Positions 31,854 to 33,501 of a DNA stretch of 33,501 bases are shown in pieces. Each line of letters begins with the position of its first letter. Within the stretch, counting starts at the first letter, position 1. The DNA lies in the NCBI GenBank assembly GCA_036380275.1, contig DASVFB010000103.1, positions 1-33,501 of the forward strand, given 5' to 3'. A program made the position numbers and the translations under genes. A model generated the notes under the pieces. It saw only the letters and a list, made by a program, of their open reading frames with translations. It ran no database searches and had not been told where the DNA came from. Source of the DNA: Gaiellaceae bacterium (GTDB lineage: Bacteria; Actinomycetota; Thermoleophilia; Gaiellales; Gaiellaceae).

Positions 31854-33061
31854 GAACCGTCGAGGCGGTCTTCCGCGCCGAGTACGGGCGCGTGGTCGCG
31901 ACGCTGATTCGCGATCTGCGCGACATCGACCTTGCGGAAGACGCGCTCCAGGACGCGCTGGCGACTGCGCTCGTTGCGTGGCCGCGCGCCGGGGTTCCCT
32001 CGAGCCCCGGCGCGTGGCTCACGGTCACAGCACGGCGCAAGGCGATCGACCGCCTGCGTCGCGAGCGGCGCCTGGCCGAGCTCGTCACCGAGCTGGAGCA
32101 GCAGACGGAAGAAGTCTTGGACGACGACACGATCATCCCGGACGAGCGGCTCTCGCTCATCTTCACGTGCTGCCATCCGGCGCTCACGCCGGACGCGCAG
32201 GTGGCGCTGACGCTACGTCTTGTCGGCGGGCTGACGACCGGCGAGATCGCCCGCGCGTTCCTGGTCGCCGAGGAGACGCTCGCGCAGCGGATCGTGCGCG
32301 CGAAGGGGAAGATCCGCGCGGCGGGCATCCCCTACCGCGTGCCGCCCGACCATCTCCTCCCGGACCGGCTCGGCGCGGCGCTCGCGGTCGTGTACCTGAT
32401 CTTCAACGAGGGCTACAGCGCGACGTCGGGCGACGCGCTGACGCGCCCTGACCTGATGGCGGAGGCGATCCGCCTCGGCGGGATACTCGCTGCGCTGATG
32501 CCGGACGAGGCGGAGGTGCTCGGGCTGGAAGCGCTGCTACTCCTCCAGTCGTCGCGGACGTGCGCGCGCAGCGGCTCGAACGGCGAGCTCGTGCTGCTGG
32601 AAGAGCAGGACCGCTCGCTGTGGGACCGCGACCTGATCGAGCGCGGCGTCGCGTTGCTCGACCGCGCGCTCTCGCTGCGGAGGCCGGGGCCGTACCAGTT
32701 GCAGGCCGCGATCGCCGCCCTGCACGCTCGGGCCGGCGAGCCCGGCGAGACTGACTGGGCGCAGATCGCGCTGCTCTACGCCGAGCTCGCTCGGTTGCAG
32801 CCGTCACCGGTGGTCGAGCTGAACCGCGCGGTCGCAGTCGCGATGGCCGAGGGTCCCGCAGCCGGGCTCGAGCTGCTCGACGACCTGCCGCTCGACCGCT
32901 ACCACCTCTTCCACTCCGCTCGCGCGGACCTGCTCCGGCGCGAAGGGCGCGTCGACGAGGCGCGCGCGGCGTACGAGCGCGCCCGCGAGCTGGTAACGAA
33001 CGAGCCGGAGCGGGCATTTCTCTCGCGGCGTATCGCGGAGCTCGAGCCTTCGGCACACTGA
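31760..33061 (+). CDS. ECF42-group RNA polymerase sigma factor with a C-terminal TPR-like extension
   Basis: VEAVFRAEYGRVVATLIRDLRDIDLAEDALQDALATALVAWPRAGVPSSPGAWLTVTARRKAIDRLRRER (sigma-2), LSLIFTCCHPAL...LRLVGGLTTGEIARAFLV (sigma-4), then about 200 aa of helical extension. The start is uncertain: GTG 31760 overlaps the YCII gene by 94 nt, and otherwise only CTG 31841 lies near the conserved N-terminus. Confidence 0.8.
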   Translation: MREHRRSAHVRRENPGCGARLGRGASGLGDVGTVEAVFRAEYGRVVATLIRDLRDIDLAEDALQDALATALVAWPRAGVPSSPGAWLTVTARRKAIDRLRRERRLAELVTELEQQTEEVLDDDTIIPDERLSLIFTCCHPALTPDAQVALTLRLVGGLTTGEIARAFLVAEETLAQRIVRAKGKIRAAGIPYRVPPDHLLPDRLGAALAVVYLIFNEGYSATSGDALTRPDLMAEAIRLGGILAALMPDEAEVLGLEALLLLQSSRTCARSGSNGELVLLEEQDRSLWDRDLIERGVALLDRALSLRRPGPYQLQAAIAALHARAGEPGETDWAQIALLYAELARLQPSPVVELNRAVAVAMAEGPAAGLELLDDLPLDRYHLFHSARADLLRREGRVDEARAAYERARELVTNEPERAFLSRRIAELEPSAH

Positions 33062-33067
33062 AGGCAG

Positions 33068-33501
33068 GTGGGCGGGCCGGACGCGTTTTCGTGCAAATTC
33101 GACGAGCTGGGACGGTTTCAGTTCCGGCGGCTCTGCCGTGAGCTGGTCGCTCTCGAGCTCGGCGTAAAAGCGAGCGACTGGGAAGAAGCGCTCGTCGTGC
33201 CGGGCGGCGTGCGGCTGCCCGGCGCCGAGCGACCTCTCGCCGGCCCGACGCTCGTGGCCTCGCTGTGGTCGAGGGCGGGAGCGATCCGTCCGCCGCTGGA
33301 GCGTGTCCTGAGGGAGTCGCACCACGTTCGCGCGGGCTCGTTGCTCGTCCTGACCAACGCCTACGCCGCCGAGGAGACGGTGCCCGGCCTGGACGTCCGC
33401 ATCCTCGACGCGTCGGCTCTGACCCGGATCGTGCTGTCCTCCCCGCGTCTGCGGCTCCGCCTGCCGTCGCTGCTCGGAATCTCTCCGGAGGCCACCGTTG
33501 T
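33068..33501 (+). CDS. Hypothetical protein, 5' part (continues past the right edge)
   Basis: Hand translation from GTG 33068 (GAAGG lies 4 nt upstream) gives VGGPDAFSCKFDELGRFQFRRLCRELVALELGVKASDWEEALVVPGG...LVLTNAYAAEETVPGLDVRILDASALTRIVLSSPRL.... It is open to the window end and has high GC3. Confidence 0.45.
   Translation, partial: MGGPDAFSCKFDELGRFQFRRLCRELVALELGVKASDWEEALVVPGGVRLPGAERPLAGPTLVASLWSRAGAIRPPLERVLRESHHVRAGSLLVLTNAYAAEETVPGLDVRILDASALTRIVLSSPRLRLRLPSLLGISPEATV

Overview
Very GC-rich chromosomal segment with strong third-position G/C bias. The gene content looks like Actinomycetota: a PafBC-like WYL regulator, a DPPR-synthase-like UbiA prenyltransferase, an ECF42 sigma factor with a YCII partner, and many 4-nt start/stop overlaps. 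I support about 33 protein genes. From left to right: a partial UbiB/ABC1 kinase start; an IS110-family insertion sequence with a frameshifted transposase; the conserved queA-tgt-yajC-secDF block followed by a phasin-like gene; an operon of secreted protein, OmpR-type regulator, histidine kinase and UbiA prenyltransferase; a CPA1 cation/proton antiporter; a butyryl-CoA-type cluster (MBL hydrolase, thiolase, methyltransferase, 3-hydroxyacyl-CoA dehydrogenase); an aldehyde dehydrogenase followed by two zinc-ribbon proteins, one carrying a SPOR domain; an AT-richer islet with an orphan 148-aa protein; a naturally fused PafB-PafC-like double-WYL regulator; queG translationally coupled to a GAF histidine kinase; an MDR oxidoreductase; a DUF59 Fe-S protein; a cyclase-STAND-TPR signalling protein; and a YCII/ECF42 sigma pair. 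The most interesting locus is a tightly overlapping four-gene operon on the minus strand (27888-31436): metallophosphoesterase, cyclic 2,3-diphosphoglycerate synthetase-like protein, 2-phosphoglycerate kinase, then GlpX. This is an archaeal-type cDPG extremolyte pathway in a bacterium, and its glpX carries an in-frame TAG at a conserved Gln position. Intergenic regions also hold a family of perfect 29-nt palindromes (CCG...TGC-TGC-GCA...CGG) and related GGACAGG/CCTGTCC hairpins. Some of these supply the C-terminal codons and even the stop codons of convergent genes. No rRNA, tRNA or CRISPR array was seen. Many long ORFs in the track are antisense or out-of-frame artefacts typical of high-GC DNA. 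All functional calls come from motif recognition by eye and no database search was possible.
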